Positions 9,271-18,680 of a stretch of 64,000 nt of DNA are shown here, one piece after another. The notes under the pieces are model-generated. The model searched no databases and was not told the DNA's origin. It worked only from the letters and a program-made list of their open reading frames with translations. Numbering within the stretch: the stretch's first letter is position 1; each line of letters begins with the position of its first letter. The position numbers were made by a program, and so were the translations under genes. The stretch comes from a bacterium (lineage in GTDB: Bacteria; Patescibacteriota; Patescibacteriia; Patescibacteriales; UBA12465): NCBI GenBank assembly GCA_035400585.1, contig DAOMZR010000001.1, positions 306,643-370,642 of the forward strand, read 5' to 3'.

Positions 9271-9639
9271 TTAATCACGACATAAACGATATTCTTTCAG
9301 CGCCATAGCTTGAATTTGTTCAAAGCTAAGTCTGCTGTTTTCTGGATTAAGCATTATTATAGATTCTAACATGCTTAGCTCCATGTCAAAAAAATCTTCC
9401 TCTAAGCTTTCTCGGGACAAACCAAGTCTATAGGCCTCATAATCCAAATGGTCTTGATAGTCAAGCCAAGGATCACTATCTGAATACCTAAAATCAAGAA
9501 AACCTTCGGAAAACAAGCAATTGTTAAAAAGACTGCACCCTTCGCAAAAAGCGCAATCAACCTCTGAAAGATCGTTGACAATTTGCTTTTTAATGTCTCT
9601 GGCCTTAATTGGCCGGCTGAATGGCTGAAGATTGTTCAT
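9271..9639 (-). CDS. small acidic Cys-motif protein (122 aa), unknown function
   Basis: ATG start with its own consensus promoter and terminator. C29-x2-C32-x2-C35-x5-C41 cluster, then a D/E-rich region. No TM segment. Confidence 0.65.
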   Translation of the reverse strand: MNNLQPFSRPIKARDIKKQIVNDLSEVDCAFCEGCSLFNNCLFSEGFLDFRYSDSDPWLDYQDHLDYEAYRLGLSRESLEEDFFDMELSMLESIIMLNPENSRLSFEQIQAMALKEYRLCRD

Positions 9640-9686
9640 GTCATCTATTTTTTTATTGTTAATTTACGAAACTATATCTGTTGCTG

Positions 9687-9715
9687 ATTATATCATATTT
9701 AATGAATTTTGTCAA
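9687..9715 (-). promoter_or_regulatory. consensus promoter for 9271..9639
   Basis: Minus strand TTGACA (9715..9710), 17 nt, TATAAT (9692..9687) preceded by TGA (extended -10-like). Confidence 0.6.
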
Positions 9716-9742
9716 TAGAAATTTAGTGCTGTCGCCAAAAAT

Positions 9743-12700
9743 CTAGTTAAATAAAGGTTTTTTATCTAAATACATCTTTTCAATATCATAATTATCTAAA
9801 ATTCCCCACCATAGACTTAGCTCATCCAAATAGGAGTGATTACCCTGAGAAGAAATTATAATTTTATCAATATATTCATAATTCAACCAATTTTTGTTAA
9901 TTTTTTTCTTTAGAAAACCGTCAATATATAAATTTAATTCAAAACGATAATAATCATAAACCAAAACTAGGTGATGCCAATTACCATCATTCAATCCAAG
10001 ATTATTTATATTTTCATCAATTTGGCAAACTAAATCATTGAAGTAATAGAAAAAATCATTATTTAATTTAATACCAAATAATTTTTTTTCTTCAGATATA
10101 ATTTTTAAATCAAAAGGGCTTAAAATATTATTTAGCATATTTCTTTTTAACCAAAGAGATAAAGATAAATCTTGTTTCTCCTTAAAACCGACGACAGAGT
10201 TATTAATTGAAAAATCAGAACTAGACCCTATGTTTAAATAAAAATTATTATCTTCTTGTATTACAAAATTTTTATCAACTGTTAGTTTAGAATTTGTATT
10301 TTCTTTATTTAAATCACTAAAAATAATTTTATCATCTTCAATCTCTTGAAAAGGATTGTCATTAAAATTGAAATAAGAAAAATTTTCTGCTTGTTTGAAT
10401 TTTTTATTTTGACAATCAAAAGAATTAAACGGTAAATTTTTTTTATAAAAATTTAATAATTCTGATTGCTTCAGGGGTTTTTTAAATATAACAATTTCAT
10501 CAAAAATTGTTTCATTGCCAGTTGCCACCAAAGACAAACTATCAACTTCGGTTATAAAGCTTGAACCAATATTCTTTCTTAAGACTTCTACCCCATCACT
10601 ATATAACGACCAATAATCTGAAGATTTATTAATCACTAAGGCGAATTGATGCCAATCACTTCCAACTGGCCACTCAAGATCTTCCAGTCTTTGAGAAACG
10701 TTGGGCAAACCTTTAAACTCGGAATATGATCCGTAAAGTTGAATCTGAAAATAAGAATCATTGCTGGAATTTAAAAACCTAATAACTGGTCGAGAATTGG
10801 GGTGCAGTAATTTATATTTAAACAATAAAGTAAAATTATTGGAATCAAAAAGCTCGCTGATTTTAGTGTTTATATTACTTTGACCTTGTCGGTGGCTAAT
10901 TGAACAATAATTATTTTCTTTAACCCAAGAAACATTTAAACCTTCTATATTGTTTTTACCGGCAAAATCATAAGCTAAATCACCCTGACATTCATTAAAA
11001 TGCCATAGATTTATGATATTATCAGCAACTAAGGCCTCATCTAAACAATAATTATAAGAATAAATATTGCTTTGATTACTATTTTCCTCTCCATTATTGT
11101 TTTGATCCTGACCATTGTTTTGATCTAAGTTGCAATAATCTCCTTGAAGAATATTTAAGTCCAAAAGAACAAAATCAAAAAAATTATTTTTTGAGTTAAA
11201 ACCATTTCCTAAAGAAAAGTGTTCACAATCTTCGGCCATTAAAATTGCGCTTGAATCAGCTTGAGCTTTTCTAATTAAAATATGGTTATCTAAAATTTCT
11301 GGAGCAGGCAAAACTTTATAATAAGTTGCACTACCAAAACCAACTTTATCAATAATGTCTTCATCATTATCAGAAGAAACGACTCCCGTTGATAAATAAA
11401 TAGTATAGCCATTCCCATTGAAGGTGAACTCATTGCGAATGCTTATAGATTGAGCCTTGCCCAAAATTTCGGGTGAAGAGTTAGCTCTAGTTATTAAGTA
11501 TTTACCTCCGGCTGGAACAATTAATCCACCAGGATAATAAGCATCTGATAAGTTGCCAAATCGCAACATTAAAGATGGCACGGTTCCGGTTTTAGTTTTG
11601 TACAAACGATATCCTTTGTTTTCCAAATTAATATCAATTTCGTTAGGATTATAAAGCTCTATATAATCATTTTTATCAGTAGCATAAATTCTGCTAATTA
11701 AAATTGGCAGATAGTTTTCCGCTTGTTGATTATTTTGATTTTCGGATTGTTGTTCGTTATCTATTTCATCACTACTTGTATCGTTTTCCTTATTATCACT
11801 AACATCATTATTTATTTCATTGCTTATTTGGTTATTATTTTGACTATTTATACTTAAATCAATTAAGACAAAGTCAAATAAATTATTTCCACTATCGTAG
11901 GAATTATCTGAACTAAAATCAGAACCCCCTTCTTTCATACTAGATGGGGTCGACGTACTTTGAGCTTTACGTACTAATAAATTATTATCTAAAATTTCAA
12001 CCGCCGGGAATCTTTCAAAATATTTTGCCGAACCAAAACCAACTTTATCAATAATGTCTTCATCTTCGTTCCCAGAAACAACTCCGCCAGATAAATAAAT
12101 AGTATATCCGTTGCCAGTAAAAGAAAACTCACTTCTGTTTGCTATGGCATTGGCTTTTTTCTTTATTTCATCAGAGGCAGAACTTCTGGCTATTAGATAT
12201 TTTCCTTTAGCTGGAATTATTACTCCTTTCGGATAAATGCCATCACTTAGATTGCCAATTCTAATTATAATCGAAGGAGTGGCTGATGTTTTTGTTTTAT
12301 AAAGCCTGACACCAGACTCTTCCAAGTCTATAGAAACATCATTAGGATTATATATCTCTATATAGTCGTCGCTTAATGTACTATAGATTTTACTAATTGA
12401 TAAATTTTTCTTTAGAACATCAAAATTCTCAACATTATCAGTCTTGGCACTACTTGCAAAAACCTCTGATTCATCAAATTCCGAAACATTGTTATCGGGC
12501 AAAGAATTAGAAAATGAATTAGAATTTTTTTCTGTTTGATCATGAGAGGCAAAAATTTCATTATTAGACTTAAGAACATCACTTAAAGCATTAAAACTAG
12601 CCGAGGAATCATCAACGCTTATTAAACTTTTAACTTTACCGGATAAGACAGAATCTTCTTCTTTGTTGTTTAACTGTTTGTTAACCTCAATTTCCTTCGA

Positions 12701-13741
12701 ATTATCAATAAATTCATCGTTCTTTTTTAAAGATGATTCGGTTTCTAAATTAATATAGTCCTGCTCACTATTACTTTCCTCATTTAATAAGACATATTCA
12801 TTCTTATTTTTTCTAAAAACGGAAGCGACTTTGTCAAAAATCTTACTTATAGAAGATAAAGGATTGTTTATGAAGCTCCATTTAAAAATCATAGCAACTT
12901 CTGGGACTTTGCCTCTAATTTCTTTATCGGAAAAATCACTACTAAGATCAATGTCAACCTCAACATCTTCTAAATTATCTTGCCAAAATTGAGTTAAAGG
13001 AAAGAAAAAATATCTTTCACCATCATATTCATAGCCGGAATTAAAACCAATTAACTCTGGAAAAGGAATAATGGTTTTCTTGTTAGCTGAAATTTTAGAG
13101 AATTCATAATCCTTAGACAAGCAGTCTTTATTGTCTTTATTCTCTATACTATAATTATCAAAACCATCTGGCGTTATATTAATGCCATAAAAACGAGGAT
13201 CATATTCTAAAAAAGAAAGATTGTAAGGATTGGAAATATTAGCGCTCTCATATATTTTTTCAGTTAAACCAACACAAGTCCATTCCCCGTCAGAAGGTCC
13301 TTTTTGTTTTTTAAAATCAAAATCATAAGATAAATTTTGCTCAGCCAATGTTTTGGCTGTTTGCACTATTTTTAATCTTTGAATTTCGCTAATATTTTTT
13401 GGGATTTTAGCCCCAACCAACTCCTCACCATTTTTAGTATTAATAAAACGATTAGCCGGCACCTTAATCAAGCCATTGGGCATAGCTTCAACAATATAAT
13501 CCACACCGTTTTCCTTACCAACATAAATGGCTACATGTCCGGTATAAATATTTTTAATTATTCCATTTTTAGTCTCTATTAATTGACTTGTGTTATAACC
13601 ATATAAATTACCCCCACCAGAAGTTCTATAAAGCAAAGTGCCAACAGGCATGGCCTTAACTGAGTGAACAAAGAAAAAACCAAAAAACAAAACGCTAATA
13701 AATAGCGCTTGTCGGTTTTTATTTAAAAACCTAAAAATCAT
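9743..13741 (-). CDS. giant secreted/anchored surface protein (1332 aa): permuted NlpC/P60 (YiiX/C92-like) + 2 LTD-like repeats + 2 LamG-like domains
   Basis: N-terminal hydrophobic segment. GHVAIYVG...IVEAMPNG...EWTCVGLTEKIY places His before Cys. Two ~184-aa repeats (DDYIEIYNP...GYTIYL...IIDKVGFG). C-terminal WHQFALV / WHHLVLV...DELSLW lectin-like modules. Confidence 0.85.
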   Translation of the reverse strand: MIFRFLNKNRQALFISVLFFGFFFVHSVKAMPVGTLLYRTSGGGNLYGYNTSQLIETKNGIIKNIYTGHVAIYVGKENGVDYIVEAMPNGLIKVPANRFINTKNGEELVGAKIPKNISEIQRLKIVQTAKTLAEQNLSYDFDFKKQKGPSDGEWTCVGLTEKIYESANISNPYNLSFLEYDPRFYGINITPDGFDNYSIENKDNKDCLSKDYEFSKISANKKTIIPFPELIGFNSGYEYDGERYFFFPLTQFWQDNLEDVEVDIDLSSDFSDKEIRGKVPEVAMIFKWSFINNPLSSISKIFDKVASVFRKNKNEYVLLNEESNSEQDYINLETESSLKKNDEFIDNSKEIEVNKQLNNKEEDSVLSGKVKSLISVDDSSASFNALSDVLKSNNEIFASHDQTEKNSNSFSNSLPDNNVSEFDESEVFASSAKTDNVENFDVLKKNLSISKIYSTLSDDYIEIYNPNDVSIDLEESGVRLYKTKTSATPSIIIRIGNLSDGIYPKGVIIPAKGKYLIARSSASDEIKKKANAIANRSEFSFTGNGYTIYLSGGVVSGNEDEDIIDKVGFGSAKYFERFPAVEILDNNLLVRKAQSTSTPSSMKEGGSDFSSDNSYDSGNNLFDFVLIDLSINSQNNNQISNEINNDVSDNKENDTSSDEIDNEQQSENQNNQQAENYLPILISRIYATDKNDYIELYNPNEIDINLENKGYRLYKTKTGTVPSLMLRFGNLSDAYYPGGLIVPAGGKYLITRANSSPEILGKAQSISIRNEFTFNGNGYTIYLSTGVVSSDNDEDIIDKVGFGSATYYKVLPAPEILDNHILIRKAQADSSAILMAEDCEHFSLGNGFNSKNNFFDFVLLDLNILQGDYCNLDQNNGQDQNNNGEENSNQSNIYSYNYCLDEALVADNIINLWHFNECQGDLAYDFAGKNNIEGLNVSWVKENNYCSISHRQGQSNINTKISELFDSNNFTLLFKYKLLHPNSRPVIRFLNSSNDSYFQIQLYGSYSEFKGLPNVSQRLEDLEWPVGSDWHQFALVINKSSDYWSLYSDGVEVLRKNIGSSFITEVDSLSLVATGNETIFDEIVIFKKPLKQSELLNFYKKNLPFNSFDCQNKKFKQAENFSYFNFNDNPFQEIEDDKIIFSDLNKENTNSKLTVDKNFVIQEDNNFYLNIGSSSDFSINNSVVGFKEKQDLSLSLWLKRNMLNNILSPFDLKIISEEKKLFGIKLNNDFFYYFNDLVCQIDENINNLGLNDGNWHHLVLVYDYYRFELNLYIDGFLKKKINKNWLNYEYIDKIIISSQGNHSYLDELSLWWGILDNYDIEKMYLDKKPLFN
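11153..12403 (-). repeat. intragenic tandem duplication (two ~552-nt domain repeats, period 699 nt)
   Basis: aa 447-630 and 680-863 are colinear. An identical 32-nt run CCAAAACCAACTTTATCAATAATGTCTTCATC occurs at 11334..11365 and 12033..12064. Confidence 0.8.
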
Positions 13742-13792
13742 AACTCCAAAAAAATTAATTTATATTTAAATCATAGCTTTTAAAGGCTAATC

Positions 13793-14782
13793 CTAGTTTA
13801 AAGAATTGTAGTAATTTCCCCACTCTAACTTATCAATTTCTGGATAAACATATTCTTTTTCCGAATAAGAATTTAAAATATTAGCTATCAAAAATTTACT
13901 AAACTTATCACACTCTTCCTGCAAATACAATTTTTCCAAAAGTTTCAAAGAATCTTCCCCAGCATCCCCCAAAACAAAGTCCGATAAAGAGAATACGACC
14001 AGACTACGTAAATCATAACTGTTAAAATTTAAAAATGTTTCTTGCAAAAAATTAAAATATTTTAAATAAGAATTATCTTTAAGCAAAATTTTTTCTTTGT
14101 TATTGTTTATTTTTAAAATAATATTTTTAATTAAAGATCGATCGTTTGCTTGGCTTAAAAAATTTAAAACAAAATCCAAATCAACAGCATCTAACAAAAA
14201 TAGAAAAGACAATGATTCTTCGGCTTCTGACAAACTTAAATCAGCATTCAACAATTTATTTTTTATTTCTTCTAAATAATCAAGATAATCCAATCTATCT
14301 TTAAAGTTTAAAATCAGTCTCTGCTTGATTTGATGGGAACCAGATTGATTTTTAATAAATTCTTGTGCTTTATTTAAAAAATAATCCGAGTTACTAACAT
14401 CATTTTTTAAAATTATATCCAATACTTTCAATCTCCATCTCAAATTATCTTCTTCATTAAAAATGACGGAAAATAAACGATTCAAAGCCCCTTTGTTAGT
14501 TAAAGATTCAACTATGGCTTTTTCATAACCTAATTGCTCAAAATAACAAAAATCTCGACAATTTGGATTGTTATAAATAGAAACAGCCAAGCGATTGATC
14601 GCTAGATGAGCTTTTATTGGTTGTGGCCAAAATATCCACCAGGAACCATAAAAACTAAAAAACAAAAAAATAAAAACCAACAATAGCAAAGATAAAATAA
14701 AAAGCATTATTTTTCGCCTATTATTTATTTTATTCTTTATTTTCTCCAAAAGAATTGATATTTTTTTTAATACATTTTTCAT
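13793..14782 (-). CDS. membrane-anchored helical protein (329 aa), unknown function
   Basis: ATG start. One N-terminal TM (ILSLLLLVFIFLFFSF), the rest Leu/Asn-rich and helical. 51-nt gap with no terminator before the giant protein gene. Confidence 0.65.
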   Translation of the reverse strand: MKNVLKKISILLEKIKNKINNRRKIMLFILSLLLLVFIFLFFSFYGSWWIFWPQPIKAHLAINRLAVSIYNNPNCRDFCYFEQLGYEKAIVESLTNKGALNRLFSVIFNEEDNLRWRLKVLDIILKNDVSNSDYFLNKAQEFIKNQSGSHQIKQRLILNFKDRLDYLDYLEEIKNKLLNADLSLSEAEESLSFLFLLDAVDLDFVLNFLSQANDRSLIKNIILKINNNKEKILLKDNSYLKYFNFLQETFLNFNSYDLRSLVVFSLSDFVLGDAGEDSLKLLEKLYLQEECDKFSKFLIANILNSYSEKEYVYPEIDKLEWGNYYNSLN

Positions 14783-14807
14783 ATTTTAAAAGTTAATAAA
14801 AATCTTG

Positions 14808-14882
14808 GGCGCGATTATTAAGGTTCTTTTATTTCTAAAAAAGAAAAATCAATTTTAGTAATAAAAAATAAATAATCGCGCC
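14808..14882. repeat. 12-bp GC-rich perfect inverted repeat with 51-nt AT loop
   Basis: GGCGCGATTATT (14808..14819) and AATAATCGCGCC (14871..14882). Lies 25 nt upstream of the ATG at 14782. Confidence 0.5.
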
Positions 14883-14963
14883 AAATCGTTTTCTTTTATT
14901 ATTTAAACAATAAAAAAATATTACTTTAAAAACGAACAAGATTGTACTGGCCTAAAAATAACA

Positions 14964-15028
14964 AAAGAGTCGTAAAAACTCTTTAAAATAAAAATAAAAA
15001 ATAACTAAACAAAATGTTTAGTTATTTT
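14964..15028 (-). terminator. tandem terminator hairpins after 15058..15681
   Basis: AAAATAACTAAAC-5 nt-GTTTAGTTATTTT (14997..15028) and AAAGAGT-7 nt-ACTCTTT (14964..14984), both in T-rich context on the minus strand. Confidence 0.55.
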
Positions 15029-15057
15029 AGATTCAATCTATATTTGAAATTAAAAAG

Positions 15058-15681
15058 TTATTTTGTATTTTTTAAATCTTCCTTAATCATTTCAACTATC
15101 TCTGGAAACTCAGAAACTTTAAAATGTCCATTTTTACCATTTAAAATAATAATATTGGCTTTCTTTAATTTTTTCCTATATTTTTCGGCATGAGACACCG
15201 GTACAACTTCATCGTCTTGAGAAAAAAGAAGATTTACATTCCTTGAACAATTGTCCAATCTTGATAAATTGACTGGCAATTTAAAACCACCAACCAAATC
15301 CTCGCCTGGCAGAGAATTATCATAAGGCGGACAAACTAAATAAAGTGATAAAATTCTTTTAGGAAATTTATTTTCTGATAAATATTTAGCCAAAAATATT
15401 CCGCCCAGAGAGCCACCTATTAAAATTATATTATTTTTAAGATAAGGAAAATGTCTTTCAAAATGAATTTTCCAGTCCTCGTATTTGGCATTGTCAGCCA
15501 ATGGCATACGAGGCTTAATAATATCAAATTTATTTCCCAAACTATTTTTTAAAAATTCTCCATGCCATTTATTTTTTTCTTCAATAGAAATCTCACGGTT
15601 TTTTAAAAAATTTAAATAATCTTTTTTATTTTTAAAAGTTTCACCACCGTGGATATATAGTATTTGTAATTTATTTTTCAT
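15058..15681 (-). CDS. alpha/beta serine hydrolase (YdeN/RBBP9-like)
   Basis: Nucleophile elbow GGSLGG, later SQDDEVV and NGHF, consistent with a Ser-Asp-His triad. About 200 aa. Confidence 0.75.
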   Translation of the reverse strand: MKNKLQILYIHGGETFKNKKDYLNFLKNREISIEEKNKWHGEFLKNSLGNKFDIIKPRMPLADNAKYEDWKIHFERHFPYLKNNIILIGGSLGGIFLAKYLSENKFPKRILSLYLVCPPYDNSLPGEDLVGGFKLPVNLSRLDNCSRNVNLLFSQDDEVVPVSHAEKYRKKLKKANIIILNGKNGHFKVSEFPEIVEMIKEDLKNTK

Positions 15682-15706
15682 AATCTTTATATATTATATA
15701 TTTAAA

Positions 15707-16478
<772 letters not shown>

Positions 16479-16487
16479 ATCAAAAAA

Positions 16488-17072
16488 TTAATAATTAAAA
16501 TTTAAATTTGACTCAATTATATTTTTCACTCTCTCACAATCACTGTTTTCGCAAGAAGAAACTAGCAACAACCAATTATTATTAAACATTTTAGGATAAA
16601 CATCTGAATTATTGCCACAAAAACCAAAATCATTCTGAAAATCTTCTAAATTGGAATATTTCATTTTGTTTGGCATTACTATAACTTTATAACCAGAAGA
16701 CTCCTCTTCGTTATAGGTAAAATTATAAACTATTTTATTTGAACCTTCAAACTTGCTAATTAAATTTTCAAAATAAACAGAATTATAAACTTGTTTACAA
16801 GATGATTTTACGGACTTAAAATAATCCAAATCATAATCAAAAATCTCGTTAACTTTTGATATATTAATTGGCTCACCATCAGTGGTATAAAAAAGTGGAC
16901 CAGAGGCTGAATTTTCATCTCTCATTTCTTTTAATTGATTTACGCCGGCTATTCCCTTATGAAGGTCCGGAACTATAGAAGCTCTTTCTTTTTCCTCTCT
17001 ATTTTTATTCTCCCAAAAATAAAAAAAACCGATAACTAAAAATATGGATAATAAAATTAAAACTTTTTTCAT
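16488..17072 (-). CDS. secreted/anchored hypothetical protein (194 aa)
   Basis: N-terminal signal/anchor MKKVLILLSIFLVIGFF and several Cys residues. No recognisable domain. Confidence 0.6.
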   Translation of the reverse strand: MKKVLILLSIFLVIGFFYFWENKNREEKERASIVPDLHKGIAGVNQLKEMRDENSASGPLFYTTDGEPINISKVNEIFDYDLDYFKSVKSSCKQVYNSVYFENLISKFEGSNKIVYNFTYNEEESSGYKVIVMPNKMKYSNLEDFQNDFGFCGNNSDVYPKMFNNNWLLLVSSCENSDCERVKNIIESNLNFNY

Positions 17073-17120
17073 AGTTTTATGCTCATCAATAAATTCATTG
17101 ATTAATTTATTTATTTTTTT

Positions 17121-17939
17121 CTAAGCTTTTTCCTCTGGCTCTAAATTAAATAATTGTTTATAGTAACTGGTAAATAAATTACTTTTTTCTTCTAGACCAC
17201 TATCGCCTCCAATTGACCTCCATTGATCAACGGTAGTATATTTTTCATCAATTCTAAATTTTTCTTTAGGAAGCAATCTATTAACATTATTATCTGTGGA
17301 TAAAAGAACGGAAGATGCCAGACCTATATGACGTGAAGGACAGCCACCAACAACCCTAGAAACATCGGACTCATTAACATAAAAAGAATAAACCATTTTA
17401 TCTGCTGATAATTTTTCTAATAAATAAGCAAATCCCTTCTTAAAATCTATATTGTTTAAATCACTACCACCAGAAGGAAAAATTAAAAAAACACCACCGG
17501 CATTAATATGATCTACCACCTCCTTTAAAACTAACAATAATTCTTTTGTATTTTTACTAGCTGGTACAAAAAAATTGGAACCAACCATTTTCTGCAAATC
17601 GGAAACATATTCTTCGCGAATCATAATTTTAATATCACTTCTATTAATAACTCTCATAACTGCCGGGATGTCTATATATCCAGGATGATTTGATATTATA
17701 ACTCCTGCCTCGTTATTTAATTTTTCTCTAAAGTCATGTTTTTCTTGAGAATTTTCCAATGTATAATCCGGTTTAATATTCAACATATCAAAATACCTAT
17801 CGAGTCTTTTATGTACAGCGCTTATTCCTTCGGTTGAAATTTCTGATTCTAAATTACCAAAAATTTTTTCTTTTGATTTTTCATGAACCGCCCTTTTAAT
17901 TGTTTCAAAATTTTTCATATTTTTATAATTAAATTTCAC
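17121..17939 (-). CDS. PlsC-like (lysophospholipid) acyltransferase family protein
   Basis: H-x4-D motif in ISNHPGYIDIP and IFPSGG block, as in glycerolipid acyltransferases. Confidence 0.65.
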   Translation of the reverse strand: MKFNYKNMKNFETIKRAVHEKSKEKIFGNLESEISTEGISAVHKRLDRYFDMLNIKPDYTLENSQEKHDFREKLNNEAGVIISNHPGYIDIPAVMRVINRSDIKIMIREEYVSDLQKMVGSNFFVPASKNTKELLLVLKEVVDHINAGGVFLIFPSGGSDLNNIDFKKGFAYLLEKLSADKMVYSFYVNESDVSRVVGGCPSRHIGLASSVLLSTDNNVNRLLPKEKFRIDEKYTTVDQWRSIGGDSGLEEKSNLFTSYYKQLFNLEPEEKA

Positions 17940-18050
17940 CTTCGATTTCCCTGTCCAATCTCGCCAGAAAATCTTGATAATATTTTAGTCTTTCTTTTCC
18001 AAAAAAGCATAATTAATACCGTAAGCCAAATATAAGCACGTCGCAAAAAA

Positions 18051-18665
18051 TTAATCACAAAAATTGGGCTTTAGTATCTCATCTGGAAAATTGTATTCAA
18101 TTCTCATTTTTTCACAATCAATGCTTCCATTTCCGTCATATACAACCTCCCACATATTTCCAAATTTTACAGCTAAAAATAAGCCTCCGGCTGAAGACTT
18201 TGGACCAAATTTAACGCCTCCGGACACATGATTTTCGGTTTGTTTCGTAATACTAATAATCACCCCATCAACTGGTTTATTATATTTGTTTGCCAAAAAA
18301 TATTGAATTTCTTCTTCAACACTAACATAACATTTTTCTTCCCATATCCTTAAACACTCGTTTTTTGGCTCACACCAAGAATACCCAGCCGATCCGATAC
18401 AACCATGCTCATCTTTATCTCCACCGACAATTTGACCAATATCTTCGATAAAAGATTCTTCACCATGTCGACATTGACGCGGATAACTTTCCATAACCGG
18501 ATTTCCAGCTGCCACACATTCTTCAAAATTGCTTACATTAATTTGATTATTTATTTGTCTGTTTTCTTTTTTCTTGGGCATAGCAAGAAAAAAAACAACC
18601 AGCAAGGCAATAATCAACAACAAAATTACTACTAAATAATTTTTTGTTGTTAGTTTTTTGTTCAT
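18051..18665 (-). CDS. secreted/anchored 8-Cys hypothetical protein (204 aa)
   Basis: N-terminal TM, then a Cys-rich region (ECVAAGNPVMESYPRQCR...HGCIGSAGYSWCEPKNECLRIWEEKC). Confidence 0.6.
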   Translation of the reverse strand: MNKKLTTKNYLVVILLLIIALLVVFFLAMPKKKENRQINNQINVSNFEECVAAGNPVMESYPRQCRHGEESFIEDIGQIVGGDKDEHGCIGSAGYSWCEPKNECLRIWEEKCYVSVEEEIQYFLANKYNKPVDGVIISITKQTENHVSGGVKFGPKSSAGGLFLAVKFGNMWEVVYDGNGSIDCEKMRIEYNFPDEILKPNFCD

Positions 18666-18680
18666 AGTTTTTAAAACTAA

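Noticed and set aside
11153-12403. Could the two repeats be a diversity-generating retroelement template/variable pair?
   Set aside because: No reverse transcriptase is in the window. The repeats are in-frame domain copies in the same gene. Mismatches between the copies involve all four bases rather than being adenine-specific.
17295-17303. Perfect DnaA box TGTGGATAA
   Set aside because: It is a single occurrence inside the acyltransferase coding region. I saw no cluster of boxes, no AT-rich unwinding element pattern and no dnaA/dnaN nearby. parA at the left edge is not sufficient to call an origin.
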